61,892 bases of DNA, from assembly GCA_015657645.1 (NCBI GenBank), contig JACDQK010000078.1, forward strand, positions 1-61,892, read 5' to 3'. Shown one piece after another: positions 28,554 through 39,096 of this stretch. This DNA comes from Novosphingobium sp. GTDB taxonomy: Bacteria > Pseudomonadota > Alphaproteobacteria > Sphingomonadales > Sphingomonadaceae. A model generated the notes under the pieces. It searched no databases and had not been told where the DNA came from. It saw only the letters and a program-made list of their open reading frames with translations. Within the stretch, counting starts at the first letter, position 1. The number at the start of each line of letters is the position of its first letter. The position numbers were made by a program, and so were the translations under genes.

Positions 28554-29800
28554 CGCCGCTGCACCCAGCACCGGCAGCACGCCCCACTTGAGCCGGAACA
28601 GCAGTGCAGCGCAGACCAGACTGAGCAGCGCTGCCCGCCAGTCCAGGCTGGACCAGACCGGCAGGCCGCCATCATAGCTGCGGAACAGCACATGGCCGCC
28701 GAACCACAGCGCCAGGCTGGCGATCACTCCGACGATCGCGGCGGTGACGGCGGCCAGCGCGCCTTTGAGCCGCACGGCGCGTTCCATCCGTTCGATCCAC
28801 GGCGCGAAAGCGAAGATCCACAGGAAGCAGGGCGCAAAGGTCACCCAGGTGGTCAGCGCCGCGCCGAGCACTCCGGCGACCAGCGGCGTAAATGGCTCCG
28901 GCGCGCGGAAGGCGGCCAGGTAGCCGACGAACTGAGTGACCATGATCAGCGGTCCTGGGGTGCTTTCGGCCAGGCCCAAGCCGTCGGCCATCTCCCCGGC
29001 GGACAGCCAACCGAAGCCATTTACGGCCTCCTGCGCCATATAGGCCAGCACCGCGTAGGCCCCGCCGAAGGTGACCACCGCAAGCTGCGAGAAGAAGCTG
29101 CCGATCTGCCACAGCACGTGATCGCGTCCGAGAAGAGCCAGCACCAGCACCATCGGCAGCGCCCAGATCGCGCCCCAGAGCAGGATGGTTCGTACAGTCG
29201 ACCCCCACGGGCGCGGTGGCAGCGCGGCGGATTCAGGAACCGGCTTCAGCGCCAGCAGGTCAGGCCGCAGCGCCGCAATTGCAAAGCCGATCAGGCCCGA
29301 GCCAAGCACTACGACCGGGAAAGGCAGGGCGAACAGGGCCAGCGACAGGAAGGCTAGCAAGGCCAGCCCGCGCTTGAGCGTGGTATCGAGCGCGCGCCCG
29401 GCAATCCGCAGCAGCGCCTGGACCACCAGCGCCAGCACCGCCGCCTTGATCCCCAGGAACAGTGCGGAAAACCAGCCAAGGTTCGCGGCCACGGCATAGA
29501 GCATCGACAGCGCCAGGATCACCAGCGCGCCCGGAATGACGAACAGCAGCCCCGCCGCCAATCCGCCGCGCCAGCCGTGCAGCTTCCAGCCGATCCAGGT
29601 GGCCAACTGCTGCGCCTCGGGCCCGGGCAGGAAGTGGCAGAAGTTCAGCGCGTGGAGGTATTGGTCCTCGCTAACCCAGCCGCGCTCTTCCACCACCTCG
29701 CGGTGCATCAGCGCGATCTGCCCGGCCGGCCGCCAAAGCTGAGGCAACCGATCCGGGCGAAGGTCCGCAGCAGATCAACGAAGCTGGGGCCGTTATGCAT
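28524..29800 (-). CDS. chrA: Chromate efflux transporter (1-bp deletion near 29730)
   Basis: Restored N-terminus MHNGPSFVDLLRTFARIGCLSFGGPAGQIALM; LPGPEAQQLA; TFGGAYAVL; AESTPGP. Confidence 0.9.
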
Positions 29801-29845
29801 CGCTCTTGGCTAATGATGCTCCCGGCCTAAGTCCAGCAGCCTGCC

Positions 29846-30091
29846 TCAGGTGAACTTGCCAGCGGCAGGTGGATCGCTGGCCGGGAAGCTCTCGTCACTG
29901 GCTTCGTCGACCTTGTCCCAGTGCGGCGGATCGCTCTTCATGGCCTCCGGGCCGGCATTACGGACCGGGGCAAACCCCTCGGTCGCTTCGCCGGTTGCAA
30001 AGGCCACTGGCGCGGCCTGCTCGGCGTGGCGGGTGGCGTAGCGGTAAAGCGCGTAACCGGCAGCGCCGGCAGTAATGAGTTTGAGCAGCAT
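29846..30091 (-). CDS. Small membrane-anchored protein with DEASDESFPASDPP motif (stress-associated hypothetical)
   Basis: RBS GAAGGAG; N-terminal hydrophobic segment; conserved ESFPASDPP motif. Confidence 0.75.
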   Translation of the reverse strand: MLLKLITAGAAGYALYRYATRHAEQAAPVAFATGEATEGFAPVRNAGPEAMKSDPPHWDKVDEASDESFPASDPPAAGKFT

Positions 30092-30126
30092 GGCGTGGGC
30101 TCCTTCGTTAGCGAGTGCCCCTCTTC

Positions 30127-30151
30127 AAGCTCTATGGGCGCGCCTTGTTCC
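30127..30151 (-). promoter_or_regulatory. Candidate EcfG/SigT-type promoter GGAAC-N16-GCTT
   Basis: Near-match to the alphaproteobacterial general stress promoter GGAAC-N16/17-CGTT, upstream of 30091. Confidence 0.4.
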
Positions 30152-30161
30152 CGCCGGCAAG

Positions 30162-31445
30162 TCAGTCTCCGCCGACCCGTTCGATTGCCGCGCCGACCAG
30201 CGCCAGTTTCTCTTCCAGCCGCTCATAACCGCGGTCGAGGTGGTAGAGCCGGTGGACCTGGGTTTCGCCTTCGGCGGCGAGTCCGGCGATCACCAGGCTC
30301 ATCGACGCGCGCAGGTCGGTTGCCATGACTTCGGCCCCGGTCATCTTCGCAACCCCGTGGACCACGGCGGTGCGGCCCTTGGTTTCGATGTACGCGCCCA
30401 TGCGGTTGAGTTCAGGGACGTGCATGTAGCGGTTCTCGAAGATCGTTTCGGTCAGCACCGATGAACCTTCGGCCAGGCACAGCATCGCCATCAGCTGGGC
30501 CTGCATGTCGGTTGCAAAGCCCGGGTAAGGCGCGGTCGAGAGCGTTACTGCCTTCATTGGCCCGTCACGCCAGACCTTGATCCCGTCGCTCCGCGGCTCG
30601 ACCCCGACCCCGGCATCGCGCAGCGCCTGGAGCGTCGCGTCCATCTCGTCGGCGACGGCGTGCTTCAGGAACACTTCGCCCCCGGTGATCGCCGCTGCGC
30701 AGGCATAGGAGCCCGCCTCGATCCGGTCACTCATCACGCGGTATGTGGCACCGTGGAGCCGCGGCACGCCGTGGATCGTCAGGTCGCTCGTCCCGATCCC
30801 CTCGATCTGCGCGCCCATCGCGACGAGCAGCTTGCACAGGTCGACAATCTCCGGCTCGCGCGCCGCGTTGTGCAGCACGGTCTTGCCGGTGCACAGCACG
30901 GCCGCCATCACCGCGTTCTCTGTCGCGCCGACCGAGACTACCGGGAAGGCATAGCGCCCGCCGGGCAGGCCGCCATCCGGCGCCACCGCGCGGACATAGC
31001 CCGCCGCCAGCTCGATCGTCGCCCCCATGGCTTCCAGCGCCTTGAGGTGCAGGTCGATCGGGCGGTTGCCGATCGCGCAGCCGCCGGGCAGCGAAACGGT
31101 TGCCTCACCCATCCGCGCCAGCATCGGGCCGAGCACCAGGATCGAGGCGCGCATCTTGCGGACCAGCTCGTAAGGCGCGACCGATGAGGTGATCCGCGGC
31201 GCTTCCAGCGTCATCACCCGGCCAAAATCCTCCGGCCGGCTGCCGGCGATGGTGGTCGAGATCCCGAACTGGTTCAGCAGGTGCTGGAACCCGTCGATAT
31301 CCGCCAGCCGCGGCAGGTTGCGCAGCGTCAGCGGCTCATCCGTCAGCAGCGCGCAAGGCAGCAGCGTCAGCGCAGAGTTCTTGGCGCCCGAGATCGGGAT
31401 GGTGCCGGACAGCCGCTTGCCGCCCTGAATGATGATCTTGTCCAT
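30162..31445 (-). CDS. murA: UDP-N-acetylglucosamine 1-carboxyvinyltransferase
   Basis: [43 protein letters not shown]. Confidence 0.97.
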   Translation of the reverse strand: MDKIIIQGGKRLSGTIPISGAKNSALTLLPCALLTDEPLTLRNLPRLADIDGFQHLLNQFGISTTIAGSRPEDFGRVMTLEAPRITSSVAPYELVRKMRASILVLGPMLARMGEATVSLPGGCAIGNRPIDLHLKALEAMGATIELAAGYVRAVAPDGGLPGGRYAFPVVSVGATENAVMAAVLCTGKTVLHNAAREPEIVDLCKLLVAMGAQIEGIGTSDLTIHGVPRLHGATYRVMSDRIEAGSYACAAAITGGEVFLKHAVADEMDATLQALRDAGVGVEPRSDGIKVWRDGPMKAVTLSTAPYPGFATDMQAQLMAMLCLAEGSSVLTETIFENRYMHVPELNRMGAYIETKGRTAVVHGVAKMTGAEVMATDLRASMSLVIAGLAAEGETQVHRLYHLDRGYERLEEKLALVGAAIERVGGD

Positions 31446-31594
31446 GACCGCCTGATTTAGCGGGATTGCGGCAAGCGGCAAGCGCCGTGCAATGCTATGC
31501 ACAGGCTGGGGCACGCCTGGGGCACAAGCGCCTTGCCAAGCGCCCCGCGCGCGCCTTAACCCCGCTGCAACATCAAGATGGTAAACGCGCCGCC

Positions 31595-32488
31595 ATGACC
31601 AGCACTTCGCCCCGCAAGCCGATCAAGAAAGCCGTCTTCCCAGTGGCCGGTCTCGGCACCCGGTTCTTGCCCGCGACCAAGGCGATTCCGAAGGAAATGT
31701 TGCCGATCATCGATCGCCCGCTGATCCAGTATGCGGTGGACGAAGCGCGCGAGGCCGGGATCGAGCAACTGATCTTCGTGACCGGCCGCGGCAAGACCGC
31801 GATCGTCGAACATTTCGACATGGCCTTCGAGCTGGAAACGACCATGGCCGGGCGCGAGAAGTCCCTGGAAGTGCTCGAGCCGACCCGGATCCAGCCCGGC
31901 AACCTCGTCGCCGTGCGCCAGCAGGTCCCGCTGGGCCTCGGCCACGCAATCTGGTGCGCCCGCGCGATCGTCGGCGATGAACCCTTCGCGATCTTCCTGC
32001 CGGACGAACTGATGATCGCCAACCAGGGCTCCACCGGCTGCATGAAGCAGATGGTCGAGGCCTACAACGAATACGGCGGCAACCTGATCTCGGTGCTCGA
32101 AGTGCCAGAGGAAGAAGTCTCCTCCTACGGCGTGATCGCGCCGGGGGCCAAGGTCAGCGCGCAAGTCACCGAAGTGACCGGCCTGGTCGAGAAGCCCCGC
32201 CGCGAGGATGCGCCCAGCAACCTGATCATCTCGGGCCGCTACATCCTCCAGCCCGAAGTGATGCGCGTGCTCGAAGGGCAGGAGGCCGGCGCCGGCGGGG
32301 AAATCCAGCTGACCGATGCCATGGCCCGGATGATCGGCCACCAGCCGTTCCACGCCGTGACCTTTGCCGGCCGCCGGTTCGACTGCGGCAGCAAGATCGG
32401 CTTCCTCGAAGCGACCCTGGCCCTGGCGCTGGAGCGCGAGGATCTGGGCGAGGAAGTGCGCAAGATGGCGCACCGGCTGCTGGGCTGA
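31595..32488 (+). CDS. galU: UTP--glucose-1-phosphate uridylyltransferase
   Basis: [38 protein letters not shown]. Confidence 0.95.
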   Translation: MTSTSPRKPIKKAVFPVAGLGTRFLPATKAIPKEMLPIIDRPLIQYAVDEAREAGIEQLIFVTGRGKTAIVEHFDMAFELETTMAGREKSLEVLEPTRIQPGNLVAVRQQVPLGLGHAIWCARAIVGDEPFAIFLPDELMIANQGSTGCMKQMVEAYNEYGGNLISVLEVPEEEVSSYGVIAPGAKVSAQVTEVTGLVEKPRREDAPSNLIISGRYILQPEVMRVLEGQEAGAGGEIQLTDAMARMIGHQPFHAVTFAGRRFDCGSKIGFLEATLALALEREDLGEEVRKMAHRLLG

Positions 32489-32707
32489 ACTTTCGCCCCA
32501 CTGATTTCAAACGCTTTTCCCGAGTTAGTTGATAAAACACGTCCGCACGGCCTTATACCGGGCGGGCGCACACCCCTGCACAAACGCATGCACAAACCCC
32601 GGCCCGGCGCGCGGCCGGGCGGATGGACTAGAACCGGCGATTAGAAAGAGCCCTCCGGAGTGTGACGGCTTGGCGGCCTGTAGGAAAATGGTTTCGCGCG
32701 GGCGGCT

Positions 32708-33187
32708 TCAGCCAATTTCGAACAGGTCATAGACCGGGCCGGCGGCGGTCTGGGTGCCCGTGCCGACGCAGACCACATCGTTGAGCCACGCATGGCGCTG
32801 ATCGCCGCATTCCAGCCGCGCGGTCATGGCCAGCGAGTAGTCGCCAGGTTCCAGCAACGCGCCGCGCCCGAACCGCTCCATCGCCTCTGGCGCGGCCAGG
32901 AAGCGACCCTGGTAGGTCAGATAGACCGGCACCCCGTCATCAGTCCGCAGCACCAGCCTGACGTCGATCAGCATCACCCCGTCGGGCCGGTTGATTACCC
33001 AGTCCGCCCCGGGCAGGACCGTGCCGCGCAGGCGTTCTCCGGCGAAGGTCCCGCCGGTCACCGGCGCAATCCGGCGGCGTCCGGCCGGAACCTTGCCAAT
33101 GCTGGTCATCCCGGCAAAATCGACGTCCAGCGCCAGGTTGAACAGGTGGCGGTGACGCAGTGCGGGCTGGGGCGGATTTTCGGCCAT
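32708..33187 (-). CDS. DUF3237 (UPF0311) beta-barrel protein
   Basis: GRRRIAPVTGGTFAGERLRGTVLPGADW...DVRLVLRTDDG...WLN. Confidence 0.85.
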   Translation of the reverse strand: MAENPPQPALRHRHLFNLALDVDFAGMTSIGKVPAGRRRIAPVTGGTFAGERLRGTVLPGADWVINRPDGVMLIDVRLVLRTDDGVPVYLTYQGRFLAAPEAMERFGRGALLEPGDYSLAMTARLECGDQRHAWLNDVVCVGTGTQTAAGPVYDLFEIG

Positions 33188-33236
33188 GGACAACGGCCTA
33201 TCAGCCGGGCCATGCTGGCGCAAAGGGAGATTCTCG

Positions 33237-34604
33237 ATGGATATCATTGCCCGCCGGCCCCGTCCTTCGGTTCAGGAAGTCCTGGCTGGCGATACCAATC
33301 CTGCACCGGCCATCATGCGCGAGGAATCGCCGGCCCAGGGACTGGGTGACGAAGACGTTTCGGCCGAGCGCTATTTCGACAAGGGCTGGCACGACCGCGA
33401 GGTGGAGCAGGTCTGGCGCAAGTGCTGGCAGATGGCTTGCCGGGTCGAACATATCCCCAATGTCGGGGATCATGTGGTTTACGAGATCGTCCACGATTCC
33501 CTGATCGTGATCCGCACCGCGCCGGATGAGATCCGCGCCTATGTGAATTCCTGCCTGCATCGCGGCACCTTGCTGCGGACCGAAGGCGGCTGCGTGAAGC
33601 AGCTGCGCTGTCCGTTCCACGGCTGGACCTGGAAGCTGGACGGCACATTGGCCGTGCTGCCGGGGCAGTGGGATTTCCCCCAGGTCGACAAGGCGAAGAT
33701 GAACCTGCCCGAAGCCAAGGTCGGACTGTGGGGCGGCTTCGTCTTCGTCAATTTCGATCCCGCTTGCGAGCCGCTGGAAAGCTATCTGGAAAACCTTCCG
33801 GAACACTTCGCCGCGTTCAATCTGGAAGACCGCTATGTCGCGGCCCATGTGGCCAAGATCATGCCGTGCAACTGGAAACTGGCGATGGAAGCCTTTGTCG
33901 AGGCTTACCACGTCAGCATCGCGCACCCGCAGGTGATGAGCTATTACGGCGATAGCAACACCCAGTACGATGTCTGGCCCGGCGTGCGCCATGTCAGCCG
34001 CATGCTCAGCGTCCAGGGCGTGCCTTCACCGTCCACCAAAGGCATTTCAGCCGAACGCACGATCGAGGAAATGCGCCGCGACGTGCCCTTCTTTGCGGGC
34101 AAGCCGATCACCGTGGGTGAAGGGGAAAGCGCGCGTCAGAAGCTGGCCGAACGGGCGCGCGAACGGATCGCTCGCAGCATCGGGCGCGATATGTCAGACC
34201 TGTCGGATACGGAATCGCTCGACCTGATCGAATACATGCTGTTCCCCAACATGGTGCCGTGGGGCGGCCAGGCCCTGCCGATCACCTATCGTTTCCGCCC
34301 CAATGGCGATGATCCGGAAAGCTCGATCATGGAGATCATGTTCCTGTTCTCGAAGGCTGCCGATGGCACCCATCCGCCGCCCGCGACGATGACCATGCTC
34401 GGCCCCGATCAGAACTGGAGCGATGCCCCCGAACTGGGTTCGGCGGCGATGGTGGCTGACCAGGATACCGACAACCTCATGCGCATTCAAAAGGGCCTGC
34501 GCGCCTCGAAGAAGCCCGGGGTAACCCTGGCGCGCTATCAGGAAAGCCGGATTCGCCATTATCACGCCACGCTCGACGCCTATATGAACAAGGCTTCGGA
34601 TTGA
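33237..34604 (+). CDS. Rieske non-heme iron ring-hydroxylating oxygenase alpha subunit
   Basis: CLHRG...CPFHGW Rieske motif; NWKLAMEAFVEAYHVSIAHP mononuclear iron site; RBS GGGAGA. Confidence 0.92.
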   Translation: MDIIARRPRPSVQEVLAGDTNPAPAIMREESPAQGLGDEDVSAERYFDKGWHDREVEQVWRKCWQMACRVEHIPNVGDHVVYEIVHDSLIVIRTAPDEIRAYVNSCLHRGTLLRTEGGCVKQLRCPFHGWTWKLDGTLAVLPGQWDFPQVDKAKMNLPEAKVGLWGGFVFVNFDPACEPLESYLENLPEHFAAFNLEDRYVAAHVAKIMPCNWKLAMEAFVEAYHVSIAHPQVMSYYGDSNTQYDVWPGVRHVSRMLSVQGVPSPSTKGISAERTIEEMRRDVPFFAGKPITVGEGESARQKLAERARERIARSIGRDMSDLSDTESLDLIEYMLFPNMVPWGGQALPITYRFRPNGDDPESSIMEIMFLFSKAADGTHPPPATMTMLGPDQNWSDAPELGSAAMVADQDTDNLMRIQKGLRASKKPGVTLARYQESRIRHYHATLDAYMNKASD

Positions 34605-34618
34605 CCGCCACAAACGCG

Positions 34619-35069
34619 ATGCGGATTGCCTGTTCGAACCTGAGATTGCCGGCAACGTCGGCGCGGTTATGCGGCTGGGGGGCGTGCCTGGGCGCAGCCA
34701 TCGATCTGATCGAGCCAATGGGCTTCCCCTGGGATGACCGCCGCGTGCGCGCGCGGCGATGGACTATATCGATCATGTGGAGGTGAACCGGCACGCCAGC
34801 TTCGCCGCCTTTGCCAGACGCTGGGGGAGAGCCGCCTGGTCCTCTTCACCACCAAGACCACCCAAAGTGCCTATGCCTTCGCCTACCACGCCGACGACGT
34901 ATTGCTGTTCGGCAAGGAAAGCGCCGGGGTCACCGCTGAAGTCCTCGCCGCCGCCCACGAACGCGTCCGCCTGCCCATGCGCGCCGAGGTGCGCTCGCTA
35001 AACCTGGCGACCTCGGCGGCCCTCGCGCTGGGGGAGGCACTGCGGCAGACGGGTGGGTTGCCGGGGTAG
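34619..35069 (+). CDS. trmL: tRNA (cytidine34-2'-O)-methyltransferase, SPOUT family (several apparent indels)
   Basis: Pieces across frames rebuild MRIALFEPEIAGNVGAVMRLGACLG..LIEPMGF..MDY..LLFGKESAG..RSLNLA. Confidence 0.85.
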
Positions 35070-35077
35070 GGGTCTGC

Positions 35078-35890
35078 CTAACGCCCTCCGCCCATCGCCC
35101 TAACCGCCGCCCGCAACACCCCATCCTCACGGCACAGCGCGGTCAGGATCGAGAAGTGGTCGGCCTCCGGCACCGTCACTTCGCTGACCGCATTGCCCGC
35201 CTCCGCCCAGGCCTGTGCCATGGCGGCGGTCTGGGCCTGGAAGGCCGGCGTCTCCAGTGCGCCGACGGCGAACAGGGCGGGCGGGGCGCCGGTGCGGACG
35301 CGGTGGAGGGGTGAGGCGGCGCGGGCGCTGGCGGGGCCCAGCGCCAGCTTGGCGTTGACCGTGGTGCCCAGCAGCGGCTCCAGATCGAACACGCCGCTGA
35401 TCGCGAGGATACCGGCGATCGGCACCGCTGGTCCCGCCATGGCCAGTTCGATCGCCATCTGCGCGCCCGCCGAGTGGCCGGCCAGGATCAGCGGGGCCTC
35501 CCCGGTCAGCGCGGCGAGCGCGGGCAGGGCGGGCTGGGCGGCGGCGACGATCTCCATGACGCTCAGCTCGGGGCTGAGTGGGTAATTGATCACCGCCACA
35601 TCAAAGCCATCGGCCACCAGCGGCGGGGCGAGGAAGCGGAAGCCGCTCTTGTCGCGCGATTGCCAGTAGCCGGCGTGGAAATAGGCCACGACCCCGCGCC
35701 GCGGCTGGCCGGTGCGGAACAGGTCCAGCGTCTGGCGCGGGTGCGGGCCATAGGCGAGGTCCAGCTCGGGCTGGCACACACTGACGGCTCGCTCGTTATC
35801 GGCCGCGAACTGCTCGAACAGCGCGGGGTGCGACGGGCGGAGTTGCCCGTCGATATATTCGAACTGGTTGGCCGTGGCGACGTCAGTCAT
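35078..35890 (-). CDS. Alpha/beta hydrolase (arylformamidase-like)
   Basis: YGPHPRQTLD, HAGYW oxyanion region, GHSAG nucleophile elbow, DHFS. Confidence 0.85.
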   Translation of the reverse strand: MTDVATANQFEYIDGQLRPSHPALFEQFAADNERAVSVCQPELDLAYGPHPRQTLDLFRTGQPRRGVVAYFHAGYWQSRDKSGFRFLAPPLVADGFDVAVINYPLSPELSVMEIVAAAQPALPALAALTGEAPLILAGHSAGAQMAIELAMAGPAVPIAGILAISGVFDLEPLLGTTVNAKLALGPASARAASPLHRVRTGAPPALFAVGALETPAFQAQTAAMAQAWAEAGNAVSEVTVPEADHFSILTALCREDGVLRAAVRAMGGGR

Positions 35891-35902
35891 GGGGACTGTG
35901 CG

Positions 35903-37731
35903 TCACCCCGCCGCCTTCGCGATCCATTCATCCACGCGCCGCTCCAGGATCGACAGCGGCTGCGAGCCCGAGGCGATCAGCAGATCGTGGAAGCCCTTGA
36001 GGTCGAACTTGGCGCCCAGCTTCGCCTCGGCGCGGGCGCGCAGTTCCATGATCTTGATCATGCCGATCTTGTAGCCGGTCGCCTGGCCCGGCAGCGTGAG
36101 GTAGCGGCGCACTTCGGAGCGTGAGCGTTCGATCGGCTGGCGGCCGGTGGTGTTCATGTAGGTAACCGCCTGATCCTCGGCCCAGCCCTTGGCGTGGAGG
36201 CCGGTATCGACCACCAGCCGCGCGCGCGGAACAGTTCGGCATCCAGCCGCATGAAATCGGCCGCCACGTCCGGGAAGGCTCCCATTTCCTTGCAGACCGC
36301 CTCGGCATAGAGCGCCCAGCCTTCGCCAAAGGCGACATAGCCGGTGACCGAGCGGAACTTCGGCCCGCCCTGCTGGCGGACCTGGATATCGCCCTGCGTG
36401 TTATGGCCGGGCACCGCCTCGTGGCACATCAGCGTGTACATCGCCGCCGGATCGGGGCGCATGCCGACAAGGTGCACATAGGTGCGCGCCGGGCGCTTGC
36501 CGTCGGGGCTGGGCTGGCTGGCGTGGGCCGCACCGCCGGGGACCTCGGAGAAAGCCGGTTCGCGCACCACCTCGATCCCATAGACCGGCAGCTGGCCGAA
36601 ATAGCCGGGCAGCAGCTTGCGGGTCCTGGCGACGAACTCGTTCGCGTTCTTGAGGTATTCGGCGCGGGTTTCGTCGGTGAAGGGCTGCGGCGGGTAAAGC
36701 CGCTTGCGCTCGGCATAGAAGGCGTGGCGATCGGCGAACCCGGCCTGGCGGGCGAGGGCATCCTGCTCCGCCTCGATCCGGGCAACTTCCTTGAGGCCGA
36801 TCTGGTGGATCTGCTCGGCGGTCAGGTCGGTCGTGGTGACCAGCTTCAATTCGTTGGCGTAGTAGGCCAGCCCGCCCGGCAAGGTCAGCGCGCCGACCTT
36901 GCCGCTGGGCGCAGTCGGCAGGCTGGCCTTGGCCCAGGCAATGATCCGGCCGTAAGCGGGCTTGAGGTTGAGGATCGCGGTGCGGGCCTGGGCCAGCAGG
37001 GCGTCGGCCTCGGCCTGGGGCAGCTTGCCAGTGGTAACCAGCGCGGCGGTCTTGGCCTTGACGTCGGCCCACAGCGCCGCATCGGGTCCCGCGCCATAGG
37101 GCGCGCCGCTGGTCAGCTTTTCGCTGCTCGAGATGATCGTTTCGATCTGGAACTTCGGCGCGCGGATCCCGGCCTGGGCGCTCGCCTTGGTCCGCGCCAG
37201 CGCCAGATCGAGCACGGCGGGCATGCCTTGCAGGCGGGCAATGTAGTTCTTGAGGTCCTGGGCGTCGGCCACGCTGTGGGTGTTGATCAGGAAGTCCGGC
37301 AGCTGGCTGTGAGCCGAATAGAGCCGCGAATAGAACGGCGGGCGGTACTTGCGGTTGCTGTTGGACAGGACCGCGCGCTCAGCCTCCAGCGCCCAGATAT
37401 CGTAATTGACCTGGCCTTCGGCGGAGAGCTTGGCCCGGTCGAACCGCGCCTTCATCCGCGCGGCGCTGGCCTTGCGCCAGGCGACCTGGGCATCGGCGGC
37501 CTTGTCGCTGATGTCGTTCCACTTGGCCCCGCCGGCCTTGATGCCAAGCCGGGTGGCGAGCTGCGGCTGGGTCTTCACATATTCGGCAAATTCGGCGTCG
37601 AGGAACCGGGTGAGGCGCGCGTCCTCGCTCTCGGCCGTGGCGGCAACCGGCGCGGCGGTCTGGGCGGAGAGGCCGGTCGAGGAAAGCAGCGCGAGCGTTG
37701 CGGCCATCAGGCCGGCGGAAAGCTTGGTCAT
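35903..37731 (-). CDS. DUF885-family exported metallopeptidase-like protein (1-bp deletion near 36222)
   Basis: Signal peptide; [34 protein letters not shown]. Confidence 0.9.
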
Positions 37732-37872
37732 GTCGGTTCAGTCCCCTTTGTGCGACGCGCGCTGAATGGAGCGCCACTCCATTTCAGTGAAGCCGGTATT
37801 GAGGCTAGCCTGCACCCGCGATCCTGCCAATCGCCCTTTCGCTTCGACCAATGGCGCACTAAGCCTCAGGCG

Positions 37873-38418
37873 ATGACGCTGATCGCAATCAACAAGCCGA
37901 TGAACGTGCTTTCGCAGTTCACCGATGCCAGCACGGCGGGCAGCCCGCGTGCGACGCTGTCGGACTATATCGACTGCCCCGGCGTCTATCCGGCCGGGCG
38001 GCTTGACCGGGATAGCGAGGGCCTGCTGCTGCTGACCGATGATGGGCGCCTGCAGGCGCGGATCGCCGATCCGCAGTTCAAGCTGCCCAAGACCTATCTG
38101 GTCCAGGTTGAGGGCGCGGTGAGCGAGGAAGCACTCGCCGCGCTGCGCCGGGGCGTGAAGCTGAACGATGGCCTGACTCGCCCCGCCCAGGCCGAGGCGA
38201 TCGCTCCGCCGCAGCTCTGGCCGCGCGATCCGCCGGTGCGGTTCCGCAAGACCGTGCCCGACGCCTGGCTGCGCCTGACCATTAGCGAAGGCCGCAACCG
38301 CCAGGTCCGGCGGATGACCGCCGCGGTCGGCCTGCCCACGCTGCGGCTGGTGCGCTGGGCGGTGGGGGACTGGACGCTGGACGGGCTGGCGCCGGGGGAA
38401 TGGCGCGCAGTCGATTGA
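37873..38418 (+). CDS. rluE: rRNA pseudouridine synthase (RluE-like)
   Basis: [35 protein letters not shown]. Confidence 0.85.
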   Translation: MTLIAINKPMNVLSQFTDASTAGSPRATLSDYIDCPGVYPAGRLDRDSEGLLLLTDDGRLQARIADPQFKLPKTYLVQVEGAVSEEALAALRRGVKLNDGLTRPAQAEAIAPPQLWPRDPPVRFRKTVPDAWLRLTISEGRNRQVRRMTAAVGLPTLRLVRWAVGDWTLDGLAPGEWRAVD

Positions 38419-38512
38419 TCCGCGCGCGGGGCAATTCCTTCACACCTTGGCCCTAGCAGGGGTGGCCGCCCGGCGACCGGCCCTATTTCCTTCGCCCGAT
38501 CAAAGGAATGCC

Positions 38513-38911
38513 GTGCCCCAGGCCCGCTTCGCGCAGCAATGCGACCGTCTCTCCCAAGCCGTTGACAAGACTACGCATGAACGCCTCGTCTGGGAACGGA
38601 CCGAGGCGCCGATCCTGGCCGGGCTGGTTGCCCTGGCGCAGGCCGCGCTGGAAGACCGCGAGGAGTTCGAACTGACCGAGGAAGGCGCGACCAGCGCGGT
38701 CAAGCGCTTCGTGCTCAAGGTCCACGGCAACCGCGTTGCGGCGCTGACGCTGCAACTGGGCGATGGCCAGGCCAAGCTGGCTATCCAGGCGATCGAGCGC
38801 AGTGCCTTTCAGGTCGCGCCCGGCTCAGTCCTGTCGATCCCTTACGAGGGGATCGATGCGGCGTGGATGGCAGGCACCCTCGACGCGCTGTTCGGCCGCA
38901 TTTCGCGCTGA
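38513..38911 (+). CDS. Hypothetical protein
   Basis: RBS AAAGGA before GTG; host-like codon usage; globular sequence. Confidence 0.6.
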   Translation: MPQARFAQQCDRLSQAVDKTTHERLVWERTEAPILAGLVALAQAALEDREEFELTEEGATSAVKRFVLKVHGNRVAALTLQLGDGQAKLAIQAIERSAFQVAPGSVLSIPYEGIDAAWMAGTLDALFGRISR

Positions 38912-38961
38912 GGCGTCCGGCCCGTCACGAAGCTGCAACACGGCCATGAGACCTTGCGCTC

Positions 38962-39096
38962 ATGGACCAGACAGACACCCGCTTCGACTGGATCAGCTGG
39001 CTTGCCAGCATCCCCGGCATCCCCGCCGATTGGGGTAACACCGCTGCGCAGGCAACCGTGCCGGAAGAAGCAGAGCCGCTACCGCTGGCCGCCTAA
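38962..39096 (+). CDS. Small ORF, 44 aa, ending in PLAA
   Basis: MDQTDTRFDWISWLASIPGIPADWGNTAAQATVPEEAEPLPLAA*; stop overlaps the converging P450 stop; below the ORF-track cutoff. Confidence 0.5.
   Translation: MDQTDTRFDWISWLASIPGIPADWGNTAAQATVPEEAEPLPLAA

Noticed and set aside
31495-32610. TGCACA motifs as DnaA boxes or a replication origin
   Set aside because: Two or more mismatches to TTATCCACA, few copies and no origin-typical gene context
34601-35069. trmL as a pseudogene
   Set aside because: All motifs are intact across frames with only homopolymer-type indels; cannot be told apart from sequencing error
36403-38418. 671-aa ORF suggesting a large N-terminal extension on the pseudouridine synthase
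   Set aside because: The extension is antisense to the DUF885 gene; the real gene starts near 37873
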